Shown here: positions 1 through 12,323 of the stretch, piece by piece
Position numbering within the stretch: position 1 is the stretch's first letter
How the letters are laid out: every line of letters starts with the position of its first letter
NCBI GenBank assembly: GCA_963701855.1
Contig: CAVPBK010000006.1
Location: forward strand, 160,001 to 224,000
DNA length: 64,000 bases
Direction of reading: 5' to 3'
Source of the DNA: Nitrospirota bacterium
GTDB taxonomy: Bacteria > Nitrospirota > Nitrospiria > Nitrospirales > Nitrospiraceae
The notes under the pieces: model-generated
Databases searched by the model: none
The model's input: only the letters and a program-made list of their open reading frames with translations
What the model was told of the DNA's origin: nothing
Position numbers and translations under genes: made by a program

Positions 1-35
1 AACGCCAGGAGCAGATAGCGAAGAGGCCCGCTCAT
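1..35 (-). CDS. 5' end of a gene coupled to ileS ([11 protein letters not shown]...), possibly signal peptidase II; truncated by the window edge
   Basis: ATG overlaps the ileS stop (TGATG); ileS-lspA is a common gene order; only 11 codons are visible. Confidence 0.4.
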   Translation of the reverse strand, partial: MSGPLRYLLLA

Positions 36-2854
36 CACTGCACCGCCTCCACGCAACGATCGCAGAGCGTCGGATGGGTGGAGTCTTTCCCAACCGCCTC
101 TCGATAGTTCCAACAGCGTTCGCACTTGGCGTGCGTCGACTTGGTTACGGAGATTGCGAAGTTGGAGTCAGACACCGCACCGGACCGAATATCCGACGTC
201 ACCTCCGACACAATGAACAGCGTAGCTAAGTCACTGCACGCGTTTATTATCCACATGCCGGTCCTTGCATCCATCGTAAGATGGACATGCGCCTCAAGCG
301 AAGACCCAATGACCTTCTCCCGCCGCCTCTCCTCCAATACCCCTTGGACCTGGCTACGGTATTTCAACAGCCGCTCCCATCTCTCAGCTAACGCGGCATC
401 CTGCCATTGAGGCTGAACCTCCGGGAATGTACTCAGATGGACGCTGCTCACTCCGAGACGCCCCCCTGGCTGCGCGGCCAAGGTCCGCCAAATCTCCTCA
501 GCTGTAAAGCTCAACACTGGAGCCATCAACTTCGTCATCGCGACGACGATCTCGAAGAGCACCGTCTGCGATCCACGACGCAAGGGCGAATCGGCCCGGA
601 AGGTATAGAGACGATCCTTGAGAATATCGAGGTAGACGGAACTCAGATCCACCGAGCAAAAATTGTTGAGTGCATGGAAGATCGTGTGAAACTCAAACTC
701 GTCATAGGATTTCCCAACCCGCAAAATCAACTCGCTGAGCCGATGCAGAGCCCAGCGATCCAATTCAGGCAGCTGCTCATAGGAGATTCGGTCCTTCTCT
801 GGATCAAAGTCGTACAGATTACTCAGCAAGAAACGGCAGGTATTCCGAATCTTTCGATAGGCTTCTATGAGGTGGGTCAGAATTTCAGGAGAAATTCGAA
901 CATCCTCGCGATAGTCCTGCGCCGAGACCCACAGACGCAGGATTTCTGCGCCTGATTGTTTGATCACGTCCTGCGGTGCGACGACATTTCCCGCCGATTT
1001 GGACATCTTCTTGCCCTGCCCATCGAGGACAAACCCGTGGGTCAAGACAGCCTTGTATGGCGCGCGATGATCCGTAACGACACCGGTCAGCAAGGCACTG
1101 TGGAACCAGCCCCGATGCTGATCCGACCCTTCGAGATAGAGGTCAGCCGGCCACCACTTCCGAGCTTTCAACACCGCGGCATAACTGACACCCGACTCGA
1201 ACCAGACGTCGAGAATATCCCGTTCCTTCTCGAATGCCGCCCCGCCGCACTTCGAACAGGTCGTGCCCTTGGGCAACAGATCGGCAGCCGATTGCTCGAA
1301 CCATACATCGGCCCCTTTGGACTCCATCAACGTGGCTATGTGCTCGATCACGTTCGGATCAGCCAGGACAGACCGGCACCCGACGCAGGTGAAACCGGGA
1401 ATCGGCACACCCCACACGCGCTGACGAGACAAACACCAATCGGGACGGTTCTCAATCATCCCGTTGATCCGATCACGGCCATAGGCTGGAATCCATCGGA
1501 CCCGTTCGATCTCCGCCAGCGCTTCTTTCCGAAGGTCGTTTATCTCCATCGACACGAACCACTGTTCGGTGGCGCGGAAGATGACGGGATTCTTGCAGCG
1601 CCAACAGTGCGGATAGGAGTGATTCAATGACCCATGACCGAGCAAACGTCCGTTGGCCTGTAGGAACTCCACAATCTTTGGATTTGCCTTCAACACATGC
1701 TGACCGGAAAATTCTTTCACAACATCGGTAAACCGCCCGCTATTGTCGACCGGCGCCAGAATCTCCAACTTTTCCCCCGACGACGCCTTGGCATTGTGCT
1801 CAAGGACGAGGATGTAGTCTTCCATGCCATGACCCGGCGCAATATGGACACAGCCGGTTCCCTGATCGAGAGTGACAAAGTCACCAAGTAGAATCGGGGA
1901 TAGGCCGGTGGTCAGAGGCCGTTGCGTTTCGATTCCTTCGAATCCTTCGCGCCCTTTCTTCACCCCGAACACGCGAGCCCCTTCGAGCTTGCAGACCTTT
2001 GTCACGCTCTCAAGAAGCTTCTCCGCCAGGATCAACACCTCGTCGCCGACCTGGATAAACGCATAGTCGATCTCGCCATGGAGACAGACTGCTTGATTGG
2101 CCGGGAGGGTCCATGGGGTGGTCGTCCAGATCACGACCGAGACCAACTTGATACCGAGGGGGAAGGAGATGCCGGGAAAGGTCTGACTAAGCACCGTGGG
2201 CGACGTGACCAGCGGAAATTTCACATAGATCGAGGGAGAGGTGTGATCTTCGTATTCGACTTCAGCCTCGGCAAGGGCGGTTTGGTCCGCCGTGCACCAG
2301 AGCACCGGCTTCAGTCCTTTATAGACACCACCACGCTCCACGAATTTTCCGAACTCACGGATGATCGTGGCCTCATAGCCGGGACTCATCGTGAGATAGG
2401 GGTGCTGCCAATCGCCCAAGATACCGAGCCGCTGAAACTCCTCACGCTGAATCGTACAGAACTTCTCCGCATATTCCCGGCAGAGTCGGCGAATGGCCGG
2501 AGTATCGAGCGTCTTTTTCTTGTCCCCGAGTTCTTTGAGGACTTGATGTTCGATCGGAAGGCCATGGCAATCCCACCCTGGCACATAAGGCACCTGGTAA
2601 CCCGCCATTGTTTTCGATTTGACGATGATGTCCTTGAGGATCTTATTCAGCGCGTGACCGATATGAATTCGACCATTGGCGTAAGGCGGCCCATCGTGCA
2701 AGACATACAGTGGCCGGCCTTTCCCTGCCTCCTGAATCTGTTCGTACAACCGTTCCTTCTCCCATGAGGCAAGGAGTTCAGGCTCCCGCTGCGGCAAGTT
2801 CGCCTTCATGGGAAAATCGGTCTTGGGGAGATTGAGTGTGGCCTTGTAGTCCAT
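35..2854 (-). CDS. ileS: Isoleucine--tRNA ligase (type 1)
   Basis: [18 protein letters not shown] start, HIGH and KMSKS motifs, C-terminal CERC...CDRC zinc finger; start moved to ATG 2854. Confidence 0.97.
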   Translation of the reverse strand: MDYKATLNLPKTDFPMKANLPQREPELLASWEKERLYEQIQEAGKGRPLYVLHDGPPYANGRIHIGHALNKILKDIIVKSKTMAGYQVPYVPGWDCHGLPIEHQVLKELGDKKKTLDTPAIRRLCREYAEKFCTIQREEFQRLGILGDWQHPYLTMSPGYEATIIREFGKFVERGGVYKGLKPVLWCTADQTALAEAEVEYEDHTSPSIYVKFPLVTSPTVLSQTFPGISFPLGIKLVSVVIWTTTPWTLPANQAVCLHGEIDYAFIQVGDEVLILAEKLLESVTKVCKLEGARVFGVKKGREGFEGIETQRPLTTGLSPILLGDFVTLDQGTGCVHIAPGHGMEDYILVLEHNAKASSGEKLEILAPVDNSGRFTDVVKEFSGQHVLKANPKIVEFLQANGRLLGHGSLNHSYPHCWRCKNPVIFRATEQWFVSMEINDLRKEALAEIERVRWIPAYGRDRINGMIENRPDWCLSRQRVWGVPIPGFTCVGCRSVLADPNVIEHIATLMESKGADVWFEQSAADLLPKGTTCSKCGGAAFEKERDILDVWFESGVSYAAVLKARKWWPADLYLEGSDQHRGWFHSALLTGVVTDHRAPYKAVLTHGFVLDGQGKKMSKSAGNVVAPQDVIKQSGAEILRLWVSAQDYREDVRISPEILTHLIEAYRKIRNTCRFLLSNLYDFDPEKDRISYEQLPELDRWALHRLSELILRVGKSYDEFEFHTIFHALNNFCSVDLSSVYLDILKDRLYTFRADSPLRRGSQTVLFEIVVAMTKLMAPVLSFTAEEIWRTLAAQPGGRLGVSSVHLSTFPEVQPQWQDAALAERWERLLKYRSQVQGVLEERRREKVIGSSLEAHVHLTMDARTGMWIINACSDLATLFIVSEVTSDIRSGAVSDSNFAISVTKSTHAKCERCWNYREAVGKDSTHPTLCDRCVEAVQ

Positions 2855-2952
2855 AACCTGTCCGGTCTCTCGTGCAAACCTTAGAACGTGATTGGGATCA
2901 AGGGTTGGAATATACCGGAATGACAGGCGGGGCACCAGTCCTTAGCTTTGAT

Positions 2953-3077
2953 GCGGGGTCGTCAAAAACGTCTTCCAGCAAGGCCGCAGCGAGCGGACAT
3001 GCGAGGCGTACCCTTGCGGTACGTTGAGCTTGTGCGCGATGCGAGAACGACGCTGGAGGCGTTTTTCACGATCCCGC
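2953..3077 (+). repeat. Intergenic inverted-repeat (MITE-like) element, family A copy 1
   Basis: Imperfect terminal IRs; core CCAGCAAGGCCGCAG...GTAC-GTACGTTGAG...GAGAACG shared with the other copies. Confidence 0.85.
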
Positions 3078-3080
3078 CCG

Positions 3081-4184
3081 CTAACTGACGGCCATCATGC
3101 GGTCTAGCGCAACCTTCGCCCAATGCTTCTCGTCATCTGGAACGACGATGTGGTTCACAACGTGGCCGTCGGCAAGGTTTTCCATCGCCCAGCAGAGATG
3201 GGCTCCATCGATCCGGAACATCGTCGCGCACTGGCAGACCGTGGAGGAAAGGAAGAAAATTTTCTTGTCGGTGAGATCGCGCTTCAATCGATTGACCAAA
3301 TTCAATTCAGTTCCCACCGCCCAAGCCGTCCCAGCCGGCGCCGCCGTCACTGTACGGATAATAAATTCAGTGGACCCGGACAGGTCTGCCCGATTGACGA
3401 CATCCTCGTGGCATTCGGGATGGACAATCACCTTCCCAGCCGGATACTGCTTGCGGAAATTATCCACATGCACTGGCTGGAACATCTGATGCACACTGCA
3501 GTGGCCTTTCCAGAGAATGAGCTTCGCGCGCTGAATTGCCTCACGCGTATTGCCACCATTTGGTTGATAGGGATCCCAGACGATCATCTCTTCTCGCGGA
3601 AGCCCCATCTTGTTGGCCGTATTGCGGCCCAAGTGCTCATCTGGAAAGAAGAGAATTTTCTCCCGCCTGGCCCAGGACCATTCGATTACCGCCTTCGCGT
3701 TGGAGGACGTACAGGTAATCCCGCCATGTTCGCCGCAAAAAGCTTTGAGCACCGCAGCAGAGTTCACATAGACGGCCGGCATGACAGTCTCTTCCACGGG
3801 AAGAATGCGTCCTAACGTCTCCCAACATTGATCGACCTGCTCAATGGCCGCCATGTCCGCCATAGAGCAGCCTGCTGCCATATCCGGGAGGATCACCGTT
3901 TGCTTGGAACGGCTCAGGATGTCGGCGGTCTCGGCCATGAAGTGAACGCCGCAAAAGACAATATAGGGCCGCTCCGACCGCTCGGCTGCCAGTTTCGAGA
4001 GCAGGAGGGAATCCCCGCGAAAGTCCGCATGTTCGATGACTTCATCCCGCTGATAGTTATGGCCTAGAATCATGACCCGATCACCCAGCACACGTTTAGC
4101 CTCAACAGTCCGACGGAACAGTTCATCCGCAGACAGTTGCTGGTAGTCCGTGATCGGTTTCGGAAGTGTCGAGACCGTTCGCAT
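3081..4184 (-). CDS. nadA: Quinolinate synthase
   Basis: ILGHNYQ, FCGVHFMAE, AGCSMA, GHCSVH and HPEC motifs. Confidence 0.95.
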   Translation of the reverse strand: MRTVSTLPKPITDYQQLSADELFRRTVEAKRVLGDRVMILGHNYQRDEVIEHADFRGDSLLLSKLAAERSERPYIVFCGVHFMAETADILSRSKQTVILPDMAAGCSMADMAAIEQVDQCWETLGRILPVEETVMPAVYVNSAAVLKAFCGEHGGITCTSSNAKAVIEWSWARREKILFFPDEHLGRNTANKMGLPREEMIVWDPYQPNGGNTREAIQRAKLILWKGHCSVHQMFQPVHVDNFRKQYPAGKVIVHPECHEDVVNRADLSGSTEFIIRTVTAAPAGTAWAVGTELNLVNRLKRDLTDKKIFFLSSTVCQCATMFRIDGAHLCWAMENLADGHVVNHIVVPDDEKHWAKVALDRMMAVS

Positions 4185-4318
4185 AGATTCCTTGACGAAA
4201 TAGCGTACAGCATCATTCTACGTTAGGGTTTCCCGACAATCAATGAAGCAGCCGTTACAAAGAGGTCCTACACGGACGACAACCCTCTTGGCTCAACCCC
4301 AATAGGCCTAATACCCCG

Positions 4319-4347
4319 TTGACAACGCAAATGGCCGGCGCTACGAT
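4319..4347 (+). promoter_or_regulatory. Sigma70-type promoter for the thiC leader
   Basis: TTGACA-17 nt-TACGAT immediately upstream of the TPP aptamer. Confidence 0.7.
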
Positions 4348-4356
4348 TCTCCGTCG

Positions 4357-4442
4357 AAGCTAGGGGAGCCACACGGCTGAGAGTCCGCCCAAATCGGACG
4401 ACCCTCAGAACCTGACCTGGGTAATACCAGCGTAGGGAAGCG
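4357..4442 (+). ncRNA. TPP riboswitch aptamer
   Basis: GGGG...CTGAGA...CCC...AACCTGA...GGTAATACCAGCGTAGGGA consensus, upstream of thiC. Confidence 0.95.
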
Positions 4443-4470
4443 AGAACAACTGGAACTGTTGGTCTCTCTG

Positions 4471-4506
4471 CCGCACCCCCTGCTAATGGTGCGGTTTTTT
4501 ATTTTT
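4471..4506 (+). terminator. Intrinsic terminator of the riboswitch expression platform
   Basis: CCGCACC/GGTGCGG stem followed by a T-tract, between the aptamer and thiC. Confidence 0.75.
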
Positions 4507-4515
4507 GACAGCTGA

Positions 4516-6462
<1,947 letters not shown>

Positions 6463-6471
6463 GGCATGCGA

Positions 6472-6589
6472 GGATGCTCAAAACGGTCATCCAACAAGAC
6501 ACGAGGGAATCGAAACCGGAAACGTACCCTCGGGTACGTTGAGGATTTCGATGAGCCGAGAACGAAGTTGGAGGCCGTTTTCAGCATCC
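6472..6589 (+). repeat. Family A element copy 2
   Basis: GGATGCTCAAAACGG...CCGTTTTCAGCATCC termini and shared core. Confidence 0.85.
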
Positions 6590-6608
6590 GTTGAACGGAG
6601 AATCGACC

Positions 6609-7409
6609 ATGAGTAAGCCACGACCAGCCCCGCTAAGAGAAAGAGATATTACTCGACAGATCGCGCGTGAATACTATAAGGAATTCGACCAGCTCATCGA
6701 GAGCGATGTGATCATTGTCGGCGCCGGACCTTCCGGCTTGATCTGCGCCCATGATCTGGCTGCGATGGGATTTCGGACGGTCATCGTCGAACAAAGCCTT
6801 GCCCTTGGCGGCGGGTTTTGGTCAGGTGGTTATCTGATGAACAAAGCCACGATCTGCGAACCGGCCAATGAGATCCTTGAAGAGATCGGCGTACCCTGCA
6901 AGAAAATCACGGAATGCGAGGGCATGTACATGGTCGATCCTCCGCACGCCACCGGTGCGCTGATTGCTGCTGCATACAGAGGCGGCGCCAAGATCATGAA
7001 CCTCACGAGAGTCCTCGACTTAGTGCTCCGTCGAGACGGTGTGCTCGAAGGCGTGGTGGTCAACAACACGACGGCTGAAATGGCCGGCCATGACATGATC
7101 CACGTGGATCCCATCGCACTCGAAAGCAAAATCGTGGTGGACGCGACGGGCCACGATGCCGTCGTCGTGGAACTCTTGCACAAACGCAATCTCTACAAAG
7201 CCGTGCCCGGCAACGGTGCCATGTGGGTTTCTCGGTCCGAAGAAGAGGTGATGGACCGGACCGGGGAGGTCTATCCCAACTGTTTCGTCATTGGGCTAGC
7301 AGTAGCGGCAGTCTACGGTACCCCGCGCATGGGACCGGCATTCGGCTCAATGTTGCTCTCGGGGCGCTACGGTGCGGAGTTGATTAAGAAAAAGTTGAAG
7401 AACGAATAA
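6609..7409 (+). CDS. thi4: Thi4-family thiazole synthase (non-Cys, His-type)
   Basis: GAGPSG dinucleotide fold, GGGFWSGG, HVDP, DATGHD, PRMGPAFGSMLLSG. Confidence 0.92.
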   Translation: MSKPRPAPLRERDITRQIAREYYKEFDQLIESDVIIVGAGPSGLICAHDLAAMGFRTVIVEQSLALGGGFWSGGYLMNKATICEPANEILEEIGVPCKKITECEGMYMVDPPHATGALIAAAYRGGAKIMNLTRVLDLVLRRDGVLEGVVVNNTTAEMAGHDMIHVDPIALESKIVVDATGHDAVVVELLHKRNLYKAVPGNGAMWVSRSEEEVMDRTGEVYPNCFVIGLAVAAVYGTPRMGPAFGSMLLSGRYGAELIKKKLKNE

Positions 7410-7432
7410 CCTGTCCCAGCGGTACCTGAGGC

Positions 7433-7632
7433 CGATCAAAAAGGTCATCCAGCAAGGCCGCAGGGAGTGCGAACCCGGAGGAGGTACCGCCCGCACTTCG
7501 TGGGGCCGTTCGCCTGTATAATGAATCCTGGCGAACGGAAAATCCCCTCCAGTACCTCCGGCCTCCTAGAGTTTCAATTGGTACGTTGAGGAATTGCACG
7601 ACTGAGAACGAAGCTGGGGACATTTTTCATCG
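7433..7632 (+). repeat. Family A element copy 3, with internal insert X
   Basis: Shared core plus CCGCACTTC...CCGTTCGCC...TATAAT...GGCGAACGG module also found at 24.5 kb. Confidence 0.8.
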
Positions 7633-7642
7633 AAGCCGCACT

Positions 7643-8158
7643 ATGGATGTACAAGATTTTTTAGTACAAGGCGAAGGCCACGAAGAAGATAAGCGCGAAG
7701 CCTGGCAACTCTTCCAACAGGCCTATGAACGCCAGATGAAGGGCGAACTGGAAGAGGCCGTGACGCTCTACAAGAAATCGATTGAGACTCATCCGACTGC
7801 CGAGGCCTATACCTTCCTCGGGTGGACCTACAGCTTCATGGGACGACTCGACGATGCGATCGAGGAATGTCACAAGGCGATTGCACAGGACCCAGATTTC
7901 GGCAACCCCTATAACGACATCGGGGCCTACCTGATCGAAAAAAACGAACTCGACGAAGCAATTGTCTGGTTTCAAAAAGCCCTGCTGGCAAGACGCTATG
8001 AGAGCCCGGCCTTCCCTCATCTCAATCTGGGTCGGGTCTACGAACGCAAGGGCCAATGGACCGAGGCCATTGATTCCTACAAGAAAGCTCTGGCCCTCAA
8101 TCCCAGCTACGCCTTGGCAAAAAAAGCGCTGGGACGATTGATCAGCTCGTTGAACTGA
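7643..8158 (+). CDS. Tetratricopeptide repeat protein
   Basis: Repeating TPR patterns (AYTFLG, PYNDIG, PHLNLG). Confidence 0.85.
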   Translation: MDVQDFLVQGEGHEEDKREAWQLFQQAYERQMKGELEEAVTLYKKSIETHPTAEAYTFLGWTYSFMGRLDDAIEECHKAIAQDPDFGNPYNDIGAYLIEKNELDEAIVWFQKALLARRYESPAFPHLNLGRVYERKGQWTEAIDSYKKALALNPSYALAKKALGRLISSLN

Positions 8159-8166
8159 GCGCCGCG

Positions 8167-8327
8167 TTTATTTGGTTCATTTGGTTTATTCTGGTCTATC
8201 TGGTCTGGCAAAAATGTCTCGACTCGTGACGCTGATAGCGAAACTGTAGTGGCCACTTATATGACGACGAATACTCTCCAAACAAACAAAACAAACCAGA
8301 CAGACCAGATAGACCAGACAGACCAGA
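8167..8327. repeat. Opposed 9-bp tandem repeat tracts forming an 18-bp inverted repeat
   Basis: TCTGGTCTATCTGGTCTG (8190-8207) is the reverse complement of CAGACCAGATAGACCAGA (8301-8318). Confidence 0.8.
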
Positions 8328-8728
8328 AAACCATTCTCGTCGCCGTCACCGACATCTTTTTCTACACCAAAGTCCGCGACGCCCTGATGTCTAAGGGCTA
8401 CCGGATTGAGCGGGCTCGCACACAACAGGACATCGCCGAAAAGGCCTCGGCAATAGCCCCGTCTGCATTCATTTTAAATATGAACGACGAGCGACTAGAC
8501 GCCTTTCAAGCCCTGGAAATACTCAAAGCTGACGCAGGCATGAAGACCATTCCCATCCTCGCCTTTGCCAATCATGAAGAAGTCGATACGTTTAATCGGG
8601 CCAGAGCCCTGGGTGTGGCTAAGATTGTCTCGCGCAATGAGTTCTCCTCACGGCTCAAAGACCTAGTGGAGGAAACTCTCGCGGCTCCCCCTACGCCTCA
8701 CGTTTCACGCCTCACGGATTTAGGATGA
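8261..8728 (+). CDS. Single-domain atypical receiver (pseudo-receiver) protein
   Basis: CheY-like pattern (TILVAV...AFILNMN...TIPILAFA), but Asn at the phospho-Asp position; start uncertain. Confidence 0.7.
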   Translation: MTTNTLQTNKTNQTDQIDQTDQKTILVAVTDIFFYTKVRDALMSKGYRIERARTQQDIAEKASAIAPSAFILNMNDERLDAFQALEILKADAGMKTIPILAFANHEEVDTFNRARALGVAKIVSRNEFSSRLKDLVEETLAAPPTPHVSRLTDLG

Positions 8729-9816
8729 AGCACTCACCCATCCACCATCTCCACACGAAACTTGATGCAACCTTTGAAGAGGTCGCCGGATGGGAGATGC
8801 CCGCTCACTATGGCAAGTGGGTCGCGGAATATCAGGCGGTGCGCCAGGCAGTCGGACTTTCCGACCTCTCGCACCGTGGCAAGATCCGCGTCATTGGCGA
8901 CGATCGCGTGAAATGGCTGCAGGGCCTCATTAGCAACGATATTCTCCCGCTCCAGCCAGGCGAGGGCCGCTATTCAAGCTTTCTCACCCACAAGGGGAAG
9001 ATGCTCGGCTATTTTCGAGTTTATACCCTGTCTGAAAGCCTGTGGGTGGAAGATGTCGGTGAAGTCGGCGACGCCACCTTCCAAGCCCTTAGAAAGTTTC
9101 TGCTCTACGGCATCAAAGCAAAGATGGAGAACTGTGCAGAATCCTGGGGACTCTTGCTTGTCAGCGGGCCCAGGGCCTGCGCGACCGTCAGCGCCGCCTT
9201 CGGCGTCGAGATGAGCGACCTTGATCCAGTGAACGCCATCGCAGCCCAGATCGGCGGCCATGCCTCGTTCGTCCTGCGTACAGAAGAAACCGGAGAGGAT
9301 GACCTAGAGATATTACTGCCTGCCGATGCCCTCCACACGGCCTGGGAACGGCTCATGGAGGCCGGCGCAACATACGGCATCAAGGCGGTCGGCAGCCACG
9401 CTCGTGAGGCCCTCCGCATTGAAGCAGGGCTTCCAAAGGCCGGGCCGGACCTTAATGAAGAGATCGTCCCACCGGAAGCGAATCTGGAAGGGAAAGCGTT
9501 CAGCTTGAATAAGGGCTGCTATCCCGGGCAAGAAGTCGTGGCGAGGATGGATACCTACGGCAACGTACGGCGGCATTTAGTCGGGCTCGTCATGAATGGC
9601 TCGATCATCCCGCCGAGAGGCGCCAAGCTATTCAGCGGAGACCGGGAAGTCGGCTGGGTCAGCAGTGCGACGCACTCGCCACAGCTCAAGACCCCTATCG
9701 CCCTGGCATTCCCACTCCGAGACTTTTCAGCCCTCGGCACCAACCTCACCGTTGAAGTCGATGGTGTGCGCCACGAGGCAACGGTCCACGCGCTCCCCTT
9801 CTACCGCCGCGCCTAG
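8725..9816 (+). CDS. ygfZ: GcvT/YgfZ-family folate-binding protein
   Basis: GcvT-like N-terminus and KGCYPGQE YgfZ signature. Confidence 0.8.
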   Translation: MKHSPIHHLHTKLDATFEEVAGWEMPAHYGKWVAEYQAVRQAVGLSDLSHRGKIRVIGDDRVKWLQGLISNDILPLQPGEGRYSSFLTHKGKMLGYFRVYTLSESLWVEDVGEVGDATFQALRKFLLYGIKAKMENCAESWGLLLVSGPRACATVSAAFGVEMSDLDPVNAIAAQIGGHASFVLRTEETGEDDLEILLPADALHTAWERLMEAGATYGIKAVGSHAREALRIEAGLPKAGPDLNEEIVPPEANLEGKAFSLNKGCYPGQEVVARMDTYGNVRRHLVGLVMNGSIIPPRGAKLFSGDREVGWVSSATHSPQLKTPIALAFPLRDFSALGTNLTVEVDGVRHEATVHALPFYRRA

Positions 9817-9930
9817 CAGGACGCTCAAAAAGTCCGCCCGCGTCGTTCTCGCATCACTCAGAGGCTCAACGTACCGAAGCGTACGTCTCGCCTCTTCGCG
9901 TGCTGCGGCTCGTGAACAGCCTTTTTGAGG
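9816..9930 (-). repeat. Family A element copy 4, reverse orientation
   Basis: Contains CGTTCTCGCATC...CTCAACGTAC...GTACG, the reverse complement of the core. Confidence 0.8.
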
Positions 9931-9940
9931 TCCGCGATCG

Positions 9941-10423
9941 CTATTTCTCCGGATTTCTGACTGACGACACGGCGCTAGCGAAAGCGAGCAAACTCTTCCG
10001 CTCGTCGTCTTCGAGCGCCAGCAAGAGGTGGGCCTCTTCGGCATGCATCAGCCGAAGGCTCAGGAACGGTTCTTCACGGCGTTTCTCCTTGTTGTCCCAC
10101 ATCGCATCAGTCAGCTGAACTTTGTCCAGCTGACTGACCGACACAACGTCGTAGCGAAAATACGAATCGCCGATAACCATATCAAACACGACGTTGCCGG
10201 CAGTGAGCAACACCAGATTAAAGCGCCCCTGATCTTCGTAGCCCTCCGGCAAAAATTTGTTGATGTGGCAAAGCGCGACCTTGCGACTCCCCAAGGCTGC
10301 CCGGAACTTTTCCTTCAGCATCGGGTAATCGATCTGCATGGCCTTTTCATCAAGCCCAGTCGCCGCAGCTGCGGCGTTCTGAGCCATTTCAAAAATCTCA
10401 TCCGCTGACATCAACCCTGCCAT
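9941..10423 (-). CDS. Hypothetical protein
   Basis: 160-aa ORF with GAAAGGA RBS and protein-like composition. Confidence 0.75.
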   Translation of the reverse strand: MAGLMSADEIFEMAQNAAAAATGLDEKAMQIDYPMLKEKFRAALGSRKVALCHINKFLPEGYEDQGRFNLVLLTAGNVVFDMVIGDSYFRYDVVSVSQLDKVQLTDAMWDNKEKRREEPFLSLRLMHAEEAHLLLALEDDERKSLLAFASAVSSVRNPEK

Positions 10424-10450
10424 CTGTGTAGTCCTTTCATCCGAGCACAG

Positions 10451-10726
10451 TTAACTTGCCATACGCCGGGCCTTCACGGCCCTGGCCACGCCGACCAGTC
10501 CAAGAGCGGCCCACGCAAACTCAAGGAAAATGAATCCCACCCGCTGATCCACAATTGCGACGATTCCCAACAACAACGACCCAACGATGTTGAACGCGAG
10601 GTATCCCGCGTTCAACTCACGCCAGATCCCACCCTGAAGCAGACCATACGCCGACAGTACCATCAGAGCGCCCAGCACGGAAATCAGCTGCAACAGCATC
10701 ATGCACCTCGCCCCGATCTCAAACAC
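10451..10726 (-). CDS. Small three-helix membrane protein (CBU_0592-like)
   Basis: Hydrophobic helices, Y..FN..GS and LE.AW pattern; the start may be at about 10702. Confidence 0.65.
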   Translation of the reverse strand: MFEIGARCMMLLQLISVLGALMVLSAYGLLQGGIWRELNAGYLAFNIVGSLLLGIVAIVDQRVGFIFLEFAWAALGLVGVARAVKARRMAS

Positions 10727-10800
10727 AGTGCAAGCGAATGTGTACCGTAACTGGCCACCCGTCCCGAATTCAAGAGGAGCTTTTCTGCGGACTGTGACAG

Positions 10801-12282
10801 CTACCTGGCGGCCAGATGATGAGAAAACCGCGTGGCGCCGGCCTCATCGAGGACCGTCACATCGAACGAGGATTTCGTGACTCGAACTAGACCAAAATTC
10901 ATGTACCCGCCTTCATTGATCAATGTGGTCGGGTGCAACTCCACATTAGCCGGCGTCAATCGGTCGGATGCGGCGGACAATGGACCAGCCACAAACTCAT
11001 GGAAGTCAGAAATCCCGTCACCATTCGGATCGTACGCGTTTGCCTGCACATGGTGAACGTCGCCGGCCAGGAACACCACGTTCTTCATCCTCCGACCGAG
11101 AATATGGTCCACAAGGACCTGTCGCTCCCATTCAAACCCCGGATAGCCAGGCCCTCCAGCCCACCCGTCGTTCCCGGGAACGCTTGCGCTTCCTCCCTTC
11201 GAAATGGACAGCGGCACACTCGTCACAATCACTTTCCACGTCGCGGTTGACTCGGCAAGCCCGCTCAGCAACCATTGAAGCTGCTTCTCTCCCAACATTG
11301 TTTTCGCCGGGCCGTCCTGATCGACATTGCGGCTTCGATACTGCCGCGTATCGAGGATAAACACTTCGAGATCCGCCCCGGCACGCACCGTTCGATAGAG
11401 CCGATGGGGATCGTCAGCCGCCGCACGAATTGGCCAATACTCGCGTAACGACTGACGCCCAACTGGCATCCGGCTGTCGAAGGGCCCCGAAAAATCGTTC
11501 CGCACTTCATGGTCGTCCCAAATCGCATAGACTGGGGTGGTCTCCAAAAACCGGCGCAACGCCTCCGCACCCCGTTGATAGCGATGGCGTGCACGGTACT
11601 CAGCCAGGGTCGTCGCTAGAAAGTCGGCTCCGGGCTCGTTCGGAGGAGACGGACACAGGCTGTCGCTGTATATCGTATCGCCGAGAAACAAGAAGAAATC
11701 GAGCTGCTGGGCGCGCATCACATCGAAGATGGGGTATCCAGCAGCGCCACGCCTACAGCGCCCCTGGCCGCCCAGGTCGCCACTCCAGGCAAAGGTCACG
11801 GGCACATGACTTTTCGCATCCGGGAGCGTCATAAATTCTCCTCGTGCCGCCACTAGTGCTTCAGTCGATGTGCCTTCACGCCCCTTCGTGCCGACAGAGA
11901 CATACAATCGGTATCGTGTAGCCGGCGTTAACCCCTCAAGGGGAACTGCCAAGGTAAAGTCCGATTCCGAGCCGGTCATGAACAACGGCGACCGCGCCAC
12001 GGGAGCCACGGCTGTCCCCATCTTCGACGCGATATCCCAGGCTGCCACCGGCGCCCACTCCAATTGAACCATCATCGGTCCATCGGTCCGCAACCAGAGC
12101 AGCGCAGACTGGCTCGTCACGTCCCCTACCGCAATCCCCTGAGGCAGCAGATTTGTCGAAACAGCAGCCGTGTCGGCAAAGGGGCTCCCAGGGGGAAGCC
12201 CCTCTCGATATTTTGCCGCACAGCTCGAAAGGGAAACGAGTGTGGCCAAGAGTAGGAGAGGGATAGAAAGCGGACCCATCAT
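10801..12282 (-). CDS. phoD: Alkaline phosphatase D family protein, lipoprotein-like
   Basis: GIAVGDV, LGDTIYSD, WDDHEV, LDTRQYR and AGDVH motifs; LSSC lipobox; start uncertain. Confidence 0.88.
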   Translation of the reverse strand: MMGPLSIPLLLLATLVSLSSCAAKYREGLPPGSPFADTAAVSTNLLPQGIAVGDVTSQSALLWLRTDGPMMVQLEWAPVAAWDIASKMGTAVAPVARSPLFMTGSESDFTLAVPLEGLTPATRYRLYVSVGTKGREGTSTEALVAARGEFMTLPDAKSHVPVTFAWSGDLGGQGRCRRGAAGYPIFDVMRAQQLDFFLFLGDTIYSDSLCPSPPNEPGADFLATTLAEYRARHRYQRGAEALRRFLETTPVYAIWDDHEVRNDFSGPFDSRMPVGRQSLREYWPIRAAADDPHRLYRTVRAGADLEVFILDTRQYRSRNVDQDGPAKTMLGEKQLQWLLSGLAESTATWKVIVTSVPLSISKGGSASVPGNDGWAGGPGYPGFEWERQVLVDHILGRRMKNVVFLAGDVHHVQANAYDPNGDGISDFHEFVAGPLSAASDRLTPANVELHPTTLINEGGYMNFGLVRVTKSSFDVTVLDEAGATRFSHHLAAR

Positions 12283-12323
12283 GCCGTTGGACTTACCGGA
12301 ACAGGAGCGGCACGTCAAGGTTC

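Noticed and set aside
407..2767. Long plus-strand ORFs opposite ileS, and similar shadow ORFs opposite thiC, rng, mrdA and leuA
   Set aside because: Antisense shadows expected from codon bias in GC-rich genes; no motifs
2855..2950. T-box upstream of ileS
   Set aside because: No GGTGGNACC motif or terminator; the region is short and adjoins a repeat element
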